Positions 11,740 through 25,329 of a stretch of DNA of 64,000 bases are shown here, piece by piece. Position 1 is the first letter of the stretch. Each line of letters starts with the position of its first letter. A model generated the notes under the pieces. The model saw only the letters and a program-made list of their open reading frames with translations. It was not told the origin of the DNA and ran no database searches. The position numbers and the translations under genes were made by a program. This DNA comes from Antedon mediterranea (Eukaryota > Animalia > Echinodermata), in contig NC_092672.1 of NCBI RefSeq assembly GCF_964355755.1, positions 17,373,237 through 17,437,236 of the forward strand. The letters are read 5' to 3'.

Positions 11740-13170
11740 AGAATACACTTAACAATATACAACAAATAACATTAATGTACGATGTAGTTTAACACTGTTC
11801 TCAACTATAGTCATTTTGGTATACTTGAGCACATTGATAAAGAATAGGATAAACTTAACAATATACAACAAATAACATTAATGTACGATCCCGTTTAACA
11901 CTGTTCTCAACTATAGTCATTTTGGTATACTTGAGCACAGTGATAAAGAATAGGATAAACTTAACAATATACAACAACAATGTACGATCCCGTTTAACAC
12001 TGTTCTCAACTATAGTCATTTTGGTATACTTGAGCACAGTGATAAAGAATAGGATAAACTTAACAATATACAACAAAAAAACATTAATGTACGATCCAGT
12101 TTAACACTGTTCTCAACTATAGTCATTTTGGTATACTTGAGAACAGTTATAAAGAATAGGATAAACTTAACAATATACAACAAAAAACATTAATGTACGA
12201 TCCAGTTTAACACTGTTCTCAACTATAGTCATTTTGGTATACTTGAGAACAGTGATAAAGAATAGGATAAACTTAATAATATACAACAAAAAACATTAAT
12301 GTACGATCCCGTTTAACACTGTTCTCAACTATAGTCATTTTGGTATACTTGAGCACAGTGATAAAGAATAGGATAAACTTAAAAATATACAACAAAAACA
12401 TTAATGTACGATCCAGTTTAACACTGTTCTCAACTATAGTTATTTTGGTATACTTGAGAACAGTGATAAAGAATAGGATAAACTTAACAATATACAACAA
12501 AAAACATTAATGTACGATCCAGTTTAACACTGTTCTCAACTATAGTCATTTTGGTATACTTGAGCACAGTGATAAAGAATAGGATAAACTTAAAAATATA
12601 CAACAAAAAACATTAATGTACGATCCAGTTTAATACTGTTCTCAACTATAGTTATTTTGGTATACTTGAGAACAGTGATAAAGAATAGGATAAACTTAAC
12701 AATATACAACAAAAAACGTACATTAATGTACGATCCCGTTTAACACTGTTCTCGACTATAGTCATTTTGGTATACTTGAGCACAGTGATAAAGAATAGGA
12801 TAAACTTAACAATATACAACAAAAAACATTAATGTACGATCCCGTTTAACACTGTTCTCAACTATAGTCATTTTGGTATACTTGAGCACAGTGATAAAGA
12901 ATAGGATAAACTTAATAATATACAACAAATAACATTAATGTACGATCCAGTTTACCACTGTTCTCAACTATAGTCATTTTGGTATACTTGAGCACAGTGA
13001 TAAAGAATAGGATAAACTTAACAATATACAACAAAAAACATTAATGTACGATCCCGTTTACCACTGTTCTCAACTATAGTCATTTTGGTATACTTGAGCA
13101 CAATATACAACAAATAACATTAATGTACACGATTCTGTTTAACACTGTTCTCAACTATAGTCATTTTCAT
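11740..13170 (+). repeat. 106-bp satellite array, left arm (~13 copies)
   Basis: Period 106 bp (e.g. AAACTTAA at 11851, 11957, 12163, 12269). Confidence 0.97.
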
Positions 13171-13199
13171 ATACTTGAGCACAGTGATAATATGAAAAA

Positions 13200-14570
13200 C
13201 ATAATAACACTATAATATTTGTAGATGAATGACGCGGACACATACATATGTTCATAAGTAATTGATATAAATTGACTTTTAAAAGTGGAATTAACACAAA
13301 TGATTGTAGATAAATATGACGTGAATTGCACGTACATAATGTTGATGAGTAGTATATTTATATAAATCGACTTTGAAAAGTGAAATAACATTAATATTTG
13401 TAGATGAATATGACGTGGACACGTACATATATTGATTAGTATATTGATATAAATCGACTTTTAAAAGTCAAATTAACACTAATATTTGTAGATGAATATG
13501 ACTTGGACACGATTTACATATGTTGATGAGTATATTGATATAAATCGACTTTTAAAAGTGAAATAACACTAATATTTGTAGATGAATATGACGTGGACAC
13601 GTACGGTACATAATGTTGATGAGTATATTGATATAAATCGACTTTTAAAAGTGAAATAACACTATTGATTGTAGATGAATATGACGTGGACAAGTACATT
13701 TATTGATGAGTATATTGATATAAATCGACTTTTAAAAGTGAAATAATCCTATTAGTTGTACACTATTGATCATATATGAATATGACGTGAATTGCACGTA
13801 CATATGTTGATGAGTAGGCCTATATTGATATAATTGACTTCGAAAAGTGAAATAACACTGATTTGTAAATGAATATGACGTGGACAAGTACATTTATTGA
13901 TGAGTATATTGATAAATCGACTTTTAAAAGTGAAATAACACTAATATTTATAGATGAATATGACGTGGACACGTACATATGTTGATGAGTATATTGATAT
14001 AAATCGACTTTTAAAAGAGGAATTAACACTATTGATTGTAGACGTGAATTGCACGTACATATGTTGATGAGTGTATTGATATAAATCGACTAAACGTTAA
14101 ATAACACTATCTTGTACAAGTACCCTCACTTGCACTGATGAAGGGCTAGTGTTGCCCGAAAACTCTGCTAACTTTTCTGGCTGTTTTACTTTATCGTTTT
14201 GATTTAGCTTTTCGCTTCTTTTTTTGTATCTCCATTGAGACCACAGCATTGTTATTATTTCAGTATTTTGCCTTTGGATTTACTAATATTAAAAGTGAAA
14301 TAACACTAATGACTGTAGATGATATGACATTTATGTTGATGTATATATTTTTGTATATATAATATGCACACGTACATACGTTGATAGGTATTGATATAAA
14401 TAGATTTATAAAAGTACGGTAATAGACACTTTATTTGTAGATGAATACGACATGGACAAGTTGCAATAAATTCTATCGTTATATCGTATGTTGATGAGTA
14501 TTGATATAAATCGACTTTTTTAAAGTGGAATAACACTAAAATGTATAGATGGATAGGCCTCAACAAGTAT
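13200..14570 (+). repeat. ~87-bp degenerate satellite
   Basis: Unit GATGAGTATATTGATATAAATCGACTTTTAAAAGTGAAATAACACT..GTAGATGAATATGACGTGGAC; interrupted at ~14110-14290. Confidence 0.9.
14132..14168 (+). ncRNA. Minimal hammerhead ribozyme in a solo Penelope-terminus fragment
   Basis: GCA-CTGATGAA-GGGC/TAGTGTT/GCCC-GAAA-ACTC-TGC: core, stem II and short stem I are all present. A T-rich tail follows. Confidence 0.75.
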
Positions 14571-14774
14571 TGTATTAAGCGGTACTGTATATTGATAGAC
14601 TTCATACCTGTAATGTCAATGAAATCTGGCAACAAGAATTGTGTTTGATCCTCCTAATAGTATTCTAATAATCTTGGTTTGTAAAGGAGGCATGAAAAAT
14701 CTAAACGCATAGCCAGGGGAGGGGTTGGAGTTTCGAACAAACTTCCCTGTGCCCGTCCTACGGTTTTTGTGAAC

Positions 14775-14898
14775 TTTTTAGTAGCGTGCAAACGCGACTC
14801 TACAGCTCACTATGTCGATCGGTCGGTCGGTAAACACCAACTCAAATTTGAGCACGCGACTGCAGCCATGTATAGGCCTATGGCCTGTTTATACTAGA
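14775..14898 (+). mobile_element. Short DINE-1/HINE-like relic
   Basis: TTTTTAGTAGCGTGC..CGCGACT, a (CGGT)n microsatellite, GCACGCGACT, then a GCCAT..ATGGC hairpin. Confidence 0.5.
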
Positions 14899-14959
14899 AA
14901 TCAGCAGTGAAAGTATATGTAAATAATATGTGTTAATATAGAATTAGTTTTTTTTATTT

Positions 14960-17500
14960 AATAAATAGTATTAAAGTTGATCTTATTCTTTATCTGTGAT
15001 TAATTATACTCAAATGACTATAGTTTAAAACAGTATTAAACGGCATCTTACATTAATGTTATTTGCTGTTTATTCGAAGTTTATCCTATTCTTTATCACT
15101 GTGCTCAAATATACCAAAATGACTATAGTTGAGAACAGTGTTAAACTGGATCGTACATTAATGTTATTTGTTGTATATTGTTAAGTTTATCCTATTCTTT
15201 ATCACTGTGCTCAAGTATACCAAAATGACTATAGTTTAGAACAGGGTTAAACTGGATCGTACACATTAATGTTATTTGTTGTATATTGTTAAGTTTATCC
15301 TATTCTTTATCACTGTGCTCAAGTATACCAAAATGACTATAGTCGAGAACAGTGTTAAACGGGATCATACATTAATGTTATTTGTTGTATAATGTTAAGT
15401 TTATCATATTCTTTATCACTGTTCTCAAGTATCCAAAATGACTATAGTTGAGAACAGTGTTAAACTGGATCGTACATTAATGCTATTTGTTGTATATTGT
15501 TAAGTTTATCCTATTCTTTATCACTGTGCTCAAGTATACCAAAATGACTATAGTCGAGAACAGTGTTAAACGGGATCGTACATTAATGTTATTTGTTGTA
15601 TATTGTTAAGTTTATCCTATTCTTTATCACTGTGCTCAAGTATACCAAAATGACTATAGTCGAGAACAGTGTTAAACGGGATCGTACATTAATGTACGTT
15701 TTTTGTTGTATATTGTTAAGTTTATCCTATTCTTTATCACTGTTCTCAAGTATACCAAAATGACTATAGTTGAGAACAGTGTTAAACTGGATCGTACATT
15801 AATGTTTTTTGTTGTATATTGTTAAGTTTATCCTATTCTTTATCACTGTTCTCAAGTATACCAAAATGACTATAGTTGAGAACAGTGTTAAACTGGATCG
15901 TACATTAATGTTTTTTGTTGTATATTTTTAAGTTTATCCTATTCTTTATCACTGTGCTCAAGTATACCAAAATGACTATAGTTGAGAACAGTGTTAAACT
16001 GGATCGTACATTAATGTTTTTTGTTGTATATTGTTAAGTTTATCCTATTCTTTATCACTGTTCTCAAGTATACCAAAATGACTATAGTTGAGAACAGTGT
16101 TAAACTGGATCATACATTAATGCTATTTGTTGTATATTATTAAGTTTATCCTATTCTTTATCACTGTGCTTAAGTATACCAAAATGACTATAGTTGAGAA
16201 CAGTGTTAAACGGGATCGTACATTAATGTTTTTTGTTGTATATTATTAAGTTTATCCTATTCTTTATCACTGTGCTCAAGTATACCAAAATGACTATAGT
16301 CGAGAACAGTGTTAAACGGGATCATACCTTAATGCTATTTGTTGTATATTGTTAAGTTTATCCTATTCTTTATCACTGTGCTTAAGTAAACCAAAATGAC
16401 CATAGTTGAGAACAGTGTTAAACGGGATCGTACATTAATGTTTTTTGTTGTATATTATTAAGTTTATCCTATTCTTTATCACTGTGCTCAAGTATACCAA
16501 AATGACTATAGTCGAGAACAGTGTTAAACGGGATCATACCTTAATGCTATTTGTTGTATATTATTAAGTTTATCCTATTCTTTATCACTGTGCTCAAGTA
16601 TACCAAAATGACTATAGTTGAGAACAGTGTTAAACTGGATCATACCTTAATGTTTTTTGTTGTATATTATTAAGTTTATCCTATTCTTTATCACTGTGCT
16701 TAAGTATACCAAAATGACTATAGTTGAGAACAGTGTTAAACTGGATCGTACATTAATGTTATTTGTTGTATATTATTAAGTTTATCCTATTCTTTATCAC
16801 TGTGCTCAAGTATACCAAAATGACTATAGTTGAGAACAGTGTTAAACGGAATCGTACATTAATGTTATATGTTGTATATTGTTAAGTTTATCCTATTCTT
16901 TATCACTGTGCTCAAGTATACTAAAATGACTATAGTTGAGAACAGTGTTTAACTACATCGTACATTAATGTTATGTGTTGTATATTGTTAAGTTTATCCT
17001 ATTCTTTATCACTGTGCTCAAGTATACCAAAATGACTATAGTTGAGAACAGTGTTAAACGGAATCGTACATTAATGTTATATGTTGTATATTGTTAAGTT
17101 TATCCTATTCTTTATCACTGTGCTCAAGTATACTAAAATGACTATAGTTGAGAACAGTGTTTAACTACATCGTACATTAATGTTATGTGTTGTATATTGT
17201 TAAGTTTATCCTATTCTTTATCACTGTGCTCAAGTATACCAAAATGACTATAGTTGAGAACAGTGTTAAACGGGATCATACATTAATTTTATTTGTTGTA
17301 TAATGTTAAGTTTATCCTATTCTTTATCACTGTTCTCAAGTATCCAAAATGACTATAGTTGAGAACAGTGTTAAACTGGATCGTACATTAATGCTATTTG
17401 TTGTATATTGTTAAGTTTATCCTATTCTTTATCACTGTGCTCAAGTATACCAAAATGACTATAGTCGAGAACAGTGGTAAACTGGATCGTACATTAATTT
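14960..17500 (-). repeat. 106-bp satellite array, right arm (~23 copies), inverted relative to the left arm
   Basis: Exact reverse complement of the monomer in 11740-13170; degenerate at its inner edge. Confidence 0.97.
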
Positions 17501-19240
17501 TATCCTTTGCTTTACTGTGCTTTGATTTGATAAGCAAGTTTGGTTGCCCCGCCCCCATATGTTGCCTACTAAATTAGGATTCCCTAGCTTTTCTATAAAA
17601 ATTGAAGTACCCACAATGCACGTTATACGGAATTCATAGTCTTGTAAAATACAGACACAATAGTTTTTATCGTATTGTTTTCATTTAAATATCACTAAGA
17701 TTGTCTTAAACTACAAACAACTAAAATTAGTGAAGGTATGCAAGTGTTTCTAAATATTTATTACTGGTAGTATTAATACAATTTGGATTATATCATTTTC
17801 CAGAAAGGTAGAAAAAAACATAAAATAGTTGAGAATTCTCAACTAGCCAGGATGGTATAGGAAATATAGCTCTAATCAGATGTACCGCGACACGTAGATT
17901 TGATAACATTAGTTTCCACTATTACGATATTGTTCCATATTTCTATCTTAGGAAGATATTATAAAGGGTTTTAATAAGAACATTTCTGATTTCAATCGGT
18001 AAATTTTAACTCTACGCGCGGTAGAAGTAATTTCCGGGTTCAAGGTAAGGTGTGCCAATCACCTTTCAACTTCCCTGCATGGTTGTATTCTACCAGGGAG
18101 TTGTAACAACTAAGTTGGCCGCTGGTGCTTGATGGCGATAGCCATTTTGGTTTTTTGTTTATTTTCGGACCGCGTGTGTGAAGGTATAGTAGTACATAAA
18201 GATCCAATTAAATATATTCATAAAACATAAGAATAAATTGTGGGAAATAATTATATAAAATTACATCGAGCGAACTGATGCTAAGAGCTTTTGTTTGAAA
18301 TCGAATGCATTTTTAATGTTAATGTAAAGCTATAAAATGTACATAGAAAAAAATTTAATATTGTTATTCAAGCATTAATTATACGGGTATTTGATTATTT
18401 GAAAGGAAAAAGTTAAGTTTAGTTTGAAAGAAAAAGCAGTTCCAACTTCTTTGAATGTTAATGAAAAAAGTAAAATTCTTGCTAATAAATATTCAACTAC
18501 CGTAGTTCCATTTAAATTCTTTTTTTGTTTAAAATTCTTTTGGTCACCAAGAATTTGTTATAACACTGAACAGTATAGAAAACGTAGATATGGGCGCTCC
18601 ATATACTAACGGCCCCTTTGTACAGGAAGTCGAATTGAATAGCGGCCGGAGTGCATAACATCGCGCTAAACTGATACGGCGGCCGGAGTGAAGCGCGGCC
18701 GGAGTGATCGGCTTCCCCCGATAGCCGAGTTAGGACTTTGTATACTGTGCGCTATCTGTGTCCCGTTAGGAGCCTGGGATATTCCTGCCCATGTTGCAAG
18801 CCGTCTAAAACGTCTTCCTTCTTAGGCCAAAACGGCTCACTGTGTCGCGGAATAATGTATTAATTATACCAATTAGGATGGTATATATTTGAATAAACGC
18901 CCAGAACACCTCCCCAATAAAACTCCCCCCTCCCCCACCCAAATACCATCTAATAAACGCCCATCCACATTTATACACACAATATTGTATTATATTTATA
19001 ACACAATTATTCAATTTTTAGTAGATTTCATCGGACTGCTACAATTTACCAAGCATTTAATTGTTCTTTTTTACCACTTTTCATATCTACAACAAACACT
19101 ATACGTAAAACGCTATTAATCATCTAAGACACTGTGAAACAGGTTATTAGGTTTAGTTTTACGAATATCAAAAGCATTTCAATAATGGTAACCGACCGAA
19201 ATCATTTTATTTGTAGTACAGTAGTGCAAATTTCGTAAAA

Positions 19241-20746
19241 CTAAATGGCACGCTCGCTTCGCTCGCGTACCATCTAGGTCGTGCCCACAGATGGTTCTCG
19301 AATACACAGTATTTCCAGCGAGAAAAAAATGGAGATTTCAAATGTACGTACCGCAGGACTATAATACATTGTCGTTTACAGAAACGAATAAATATACACA
19401 ATGATTTATGTAGTCAACCAAAATTAGCACCCTGGGAATTACTTCCGAGAGAGAAACAAAATGAGTCAAATTTTTTTATTTGGACTCATTTAAACAAACC
19501 CAATTTGTGTTTTGTATGTAACATTAAGGGTTGAGGGATGGGGGAAGAAGATAGGTACAAAGAGGAAACATTTTAAAATATATTCTTATCCACTCAGTAA
19601 CGAAATATTGTTTTTAATGTTTTATAGGCCTATAAATAATATACCACTAAATACAGTAAAACATTTACGATTTAATACGGTACTTTGTTAAAACTCTCAC
19701 TGTCATAGTCGATTGAAATAGTAAAGTACATGTAACGATACACCACTACGACGTTTATATATTTTTAAATTATTAATTAATACAAACGTTGAGAAGCAAC
19801 TGTCAGTAATAACGTTTATTTATTTGTATATTATATGTTTATAATCTAACAGTAGGGCCTACCCACACTCACAGTAATAAAGTTTATTTGTATATATTTT
19901 TATATTACATCTAACAGTACCAACACTCACAGTAAGAAATTTGCGATTCAAATTGCGATCAAAAGTGGTTAATACCTTAACAGTATTGTACAGCATTGCA
20001 ATACTATTTATGTTTATTCTCCAAGGGGGCCCATAAATCTAAATCTAAATCTATACCTCTATGGTTAAACCAAATAATTTGGAATGTTTATTTGTATATT
20101 ATATGTTTATAATCTAACAGTAGGGCCTACCCACACTCACAGTAATAAAGTTTATTTGTATATATTTTTATATTACATCTAACAGTACCAACACTCACAG
20201 TAAGAAATTTGCGATTCAAATTGCGATCAAAAGTGGTTAATACCTTAACAGTATTGTACAGCATTGCAATACTATTTATGTTTATTCTCCAAGGGGGCCC
20301 ATAAATCTAAATCTATACCTGTATGGTTAAACCAAATAATTTGGAATGTTGTTTTTAAAGAAAATCGGCCTGTCTTCAACATTATGATGCTGTACTCGAA
20401 CTGTTCAACCGGTTTTCAGCTATTAAAAACAATTATCGTAGGAGGAGATAGGAAAATGCGAAGCCTCCTCGCATTTTTGTGGCGGGTATTTTTCAAGATG
20501 GACATCCATTAGACAGTGTATACCACGATCGGAAAACACCCCTATTTGGGGCAAATCGTTGAACCTAAATTCGTTTTAATCGTCAATAACTAATTATCTA
20601 ACTTAATTTAATTAGTAAACAGGGTTACATCAGGTGGTTAAAATCAGTACCGAAAGTACGAACCAACTTTATATACCATCGAGTAAAAATTCTAGAAGTA
20701 AGGCGCGATTTACCGAATTTTGCCCTTACGTAAATTTATATATAGA
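19241..20746 (-). mobile_element. Non-autonomous Helitron, copy 2, with an internal ~265-bp tandem duplication
   Basis: Minus-strand 5' end TCTATATATAAAT. 3' end is an imperfect GC-rich hairpin TGGTACGCGAGCGAAGCGAGCGTGCCA followed by TTTAG|T. Duplication at ~19817-20085 / 20086-20350. Confidence 0.75.
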
Positions 20747-20913
20747 AGAAAATGCTACGGGTCATAGTATCATTTGCATAACAGTGTCATTTTGTCAAAG
20801 CGGGTACCACACAATATAAAGCCATCTGTGTATAATGCAAATGTTAATTGGCATGCCTTTCTCTTTGAATGTCAGATAATGTGCAGCAAACAGAATGTTT
20901 GCATTTGATATTA

Positions 20914-20975
20914 CTAGGGGGTGAGCTCGCTTCGCTCGCTCCCCCTCTACGAAGTGTAGAGGATGGTTCTCGGAA
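20914..20975 (-). mobile_element. Helitron 3' end of a related subfamily
   Basis: Minus strand reads GAGAACCATC..GGGGGAGCGAGCGAAGCGAGCTCACCCC-CTAG|T. Confidence 0.6.
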
Positions 20976-21484
20976 TGATAATGACTCGGGTAAAAAGTTT
21001 TAGAAGGACATTCTGACCTGGACAGCTTCAGAATTTAAAAAGCTATCCAACGAAACAAAACAAAGCTGTGATTTGACAACAGTTTATTTCACCTTTGTTC
21101 ACGGACTATAGTTATTTTGATTTTAAATAACTCTGAAACTTGACATTGAAGTTAAGTGTAATCCAGTACCATACTTATTCATTAATAAAACTGTATTCAT
21201 AATAAAAAAATCTATCTAACGATACCAAACAGTACAGTATTTGGTGAAATTGCATGTGTATACTATGCGTTTATTGGTATGGGTGTAATGGGTAGAAATA
21301 AAATGATCAGTATTAAATCCCCTTTCAATGATACCATGGATGACCAACTTTAGTTAGCGGCTGAAGGAGAGGTCGAAAAAAATGACACCTAACTTTTTTG
21401 GATTCAGCATCTCAAGAATAACAAAATTAGCTAAAAAATCTATTTTGGCACAAATATCAAGCTGGAAGACAACCCGTACTATGA

Positions 21485-21632
21485 CTACATAAATCACTGT
21501 GTCTATTCGTTCCTCCTGTAAACGACAAGTATTATAGTCCTGCGGTACATACATTTGAAATCGTCAGTTTTTTTACGCTTTCGAGAACCATCTGTGGGCA
21601 CGACCTAGATTGTACGCGAGCGAACCATCTAG
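21485..21632 (+). mobile_element. Helitron 3' fragment (same family as copies 1 and 2)
   Basis: CGAGAACCATCTGTGGGCACGACCTAGA..GCGAGCGAACCATCTAG|T. Confidence 0.7.
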
Positions 21633-21699
21633 TAGAAAATAATTAAGATGAAAATAATTAAGGTGCAAACAAAACAAAACACATAACTACAACACTATG

Positions 21700-23462
21700 G
21701 CTTTTATTATGCCAATGACAGAAACAAATTAACTTGAAGTATATACAGTACAATATAATATTAAAATAATAATAACGATAGTAATATCACTTAGTATGTA
21801 TTAGTGTATATTTAAATGTACTGTAGGTCTCCACTCCACATACCATCAATCAATGATAATAAATACAATTAGAGTGCCTTTTCGTTTGATATAATTCATC
21901 ACCATTAATGATATGGTACAACAAAAACTGTGCATGTCAAAATTGCATACAAAAAACAACATATTATGAATGTTTGAATATAATATCTCCTACATTACAA
22001 TCAGTATGCTTCCATGACATGCAGTAATTAATGATGTACTTTACAATTTGCTTGTTTACAGAATACAAAATCATTGTATGATACGTTTTAGATAATTTGG
22101 TTGACACAGGAATGCTCCATCAAGGCTTGAGTCAATCATCAGAGTTACGACATTAGGTTAAAGTCACATGATTGTGTCAAAATTGGCTCCATTAATGCAT
22201 GTAACCTAAACGTTTTCTTCTTTCTTTAAAAATTTAATTGCAAATTTGACGGTGAAATATTGATGTGCAAAGTGTACAGAAGTACTTGCGTCAAAGAATA
22301 ATTGCGCGTACAATAATATACAATTCAATATTTGTAATTATAAGAAAACGAAAATTCTCTACCTTACATACATTAATGGAGACAATTTTGACACAGTTTG
22401 ATCTGTTTATCATGTGACCCTAACCCAAACCCTTTATATGTATATGGCTGTCACTAGCTATATAATTACACTATTTTTTTTCAAATCAAGATTGACAATG
22501 ATCTTGGAAATCTGGGTTATATTTTGAAATTAGTTCATTTAATTTATATTCAGGTAAAATACATTGTTAATAAAAAATTTGTTCAATCAAGTTGAGTAAA
22601 AAAGATCCATTCTTTTTTACTTCCTGAGATGAAAATATATAATATACAATTGTTTGTGAAAGGAGGACATAATAACATCTCCACTTAATTGGTATCACAT
22701 AACTTCAATACAGTTACAAGTAACATAAGAAACAATGTATCTGAATCATTGCACTAGCTAAGTGATTTGAAATAACAAAATAATGTATACTAATCAATTA
22801 CCATCTACCACCATCAATTCCAACACAAATTTTATCAAAGTACAAAAGTATTCATATCAGAAATTTCAGACAGTTACTATACTAAAAATTCTTTATAAGG
22901 GTAAAAAAAATACATTATGTTTAGGTATACCTAACTATAAAACAGTAAAGATTAGATGAGTGAAACTTATTTTGGCTTTATGCCTGGGTGGCTTTAACAG
23001 AGTTTCTCTCTTTTTTGTTTTATTTCATAATTACATATGAATAAACTTAATGTATTATTCTGTATTTTATTTCTATAATATTTACAAATTACAAAGTTAT
23101 AGTATACCATGTAAATGACAATTAAATAGCAATAACTGTTAAGTTAAAATGACAAACCAGAAGATTGTCATACTGCTCTAGCTTACATCTTCAAATAACA
23201 GTGAGCTCATTTGCAATGCAGACCAGTGGTGGATTAATACTCATACTCTTACCAGCAGTTATCATACAACTGGAGAAGATGTTCCTATAATGTCAACTTT
23301 TGAGAGGAATTGTCTTTACACAAGTTAATGTATGGTATTTGTTGTAAATAAATTTTGTACTAATTAATTACTTGCTAGACAATTATAATAATGATGACGA
23401 CTGAATAAAGCAAGATTGTTTGCAGTATTCTAGAAATGCAGGGTTAAAAACGAGTGGTATGC
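21700..23462 (-). other. FLOT2: Probable flotillin-2 3' UTR
   Basis: Apparently repeat-free AT-rich stretch after the stop codon. Candidate AATAAA (TTTATT on +) near 21703; others near 23019 and 23066. Confidence 0.4.
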
Positions 23463-23492
23463 TTAGTGAGCTCCTGGAATCTTCTGAAGTAA
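23463..23492 (-). CDS. FLOT2: Flotillin-2, last coding exon (LLQKIPGAH*)
   Basis: Polypyrimidine tract plus CACAG acceptor, phase 0, ending in TAA. Confidence 0.75.
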   Translation of the reverse strand, partial: LLQKIPGAH

Positions 23493-23979
23493 CTGTGATG
23501 AAAAAAAAATATTGTCATAGTAACAACTTTGTATTACATGTATAAATTCAAATGTATTTTGTTTTTATTAACTAGGAATGATGTAAGGCAGTCTATACGG
23601 AGGCATACACAGCTACTTCTGCCCAAGTCAAATTGGAATGGCATAAAAAGTTTTACAGATTTCAACTTGCACAAATTTGCCTTGGCCACTAGACAGACTA
23701 ACAACTACAGAGAATAAATATGAGTTATATGGCACCGTCTATACTATAAAAACAGCTTGAGAGAAGGGAAGTGATCAAACATTATCAACAATATATAGGA
23801 GACCATTTAGATTTTAAACAAAAACGACCGACAAGAATTTTTGACTTAAAAAGTTCACTTTAGCGTACTGTTAGCAAGATGTATTTGAAGGGGAGAGAAT
23901 GTTATAATGAGTATAAATATTGATTCATTTTGATGTTGATCAATTTGAATTGTTTCAAGTCAGTGTATTTAATACTTAC

Positions 23980-24123
23980 ATTACTGATGTCACTGCCAGT
24001 CAATGCTTTAACAGCTGGTGGTAACTGACTGAGTAACTTGGTCACTTCAGTTGTTGTACGATCATCACCAAGCAATACAATCTCATCAGTCTTGGCCAAC
24101 GGAGCGGCAACTTCTGCAGCAAT
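23980..24123 (-). CDS. FLOT2: Flotillin-2 exon (IAAEVAAPLAKTDEIVLLGDD..LPPAVKALTGSDISN)
   Basis: TAG acceptor, GTAAGT donor, 144 bp, conserved FLOT2 C-terminal motif. Confidence 0.95.
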
Positions 24124-25329
24124 CTACAAAACAGCAGCAAAGTCATTCATTATACACCTTCATTTATTATTAAGAAATGTCATCTTCATTTAAAGACATG
24201 TCATAATACATCTTTCTTCATAGTTTATAACTTTTAGTCTTACTTAATTTTAACAGTTTTTTGTCACAGTTGATTGAAATCTGAATTGTAACAAAATTAT
24301 TATTATTATTATTCTTCTTTGAGCAATCCTCAGTCGCTTTCCAAATTTTAACCATTAATTATTCCTTAAAATAGACCTGAAATGGATTTTCGATTTTTTT
24401 CATTGTCCTATCCCTCCAATGGACAATTTGCAATTTTTTGGCTATAACTCTTGAAATCTATGGACTATTTTCTAAAAAATGCTTGTGCATTTGCAGAAAC
24501 GTATTTATAATTTTTTTAGATAAAATGATTACCGTACAAACGGTTATTCATGGAGTAAATGACGATTTAAAATCTTCAAATCAACCGTTTTTTTCTGGCA
24601 ATACCAAAGTTAGCCTGGCAACGTTTGCCGTGATACAACGCCGTGTTCAATGATGCGTATCCATATTTCCCGTTCGTGTATTTTGTATATCGTTGGTAAT
24701 TTATACTGCTAAAATGTGTTAGTTTCTTTAGTTTTTAGTTTAGCAGAATTAAATTAGTAATATGAGATGATAATTTATTTGTCACGAACCAGGCAGTTCG
24801 AAAACGAATTTTATTCATATTTTACTTTGGCTTGACAATGAGCAGCAAGGTTTTGTTATTGCTTTGGTCCTTAAATGCACATAAAGCGGAGCCTCGCATG
24901 TGGGTGGGTGGTGGATCGACTCCGCACGCTAGGGGCCTAGGCCTAGTAAAGGTTTGGGAGGTAGGCCTTCTACATTCGGGTTTTAGAACAAACAAAGTAC
25001 ATTTTAGGGACCTATATTTCAACAACATTAGATATTGAATAAATTAGTCTTAGTGTCAACGCTTCGCGTATCTTTCCAGGCCGTCGATCATTCACTGACT
25101 ATCGGGCGGCATACATGCTCTCGAAATCGTCGTGTGTATATGTGACGTCGTGAATATAGAGGCTTCCGACGGCCGTTGAAATAGAATATTGCAATGGAGT
25201 GAGTAATTTTCGCTAATTTACCAAGGTATCTAAAAATTTCATTTTTTTCTCAAAATACTATACATTTTGTTTTTATTTGTATGGGCTATTATCATCTTAT
25301 ATTACTAGTTTGATACATTTAAATAACAT

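Noticed and set aside
11855-14635. Short hydrophobic ORFs
   Set aside because: They are translations of satellite monomers.
11740-17500. CRISPR-like array
   Set aside because: The monomers are contiguous and near-identical with no unique spacers, there are no cas genes, and the context is eukaryotic: this is satellite DNA.
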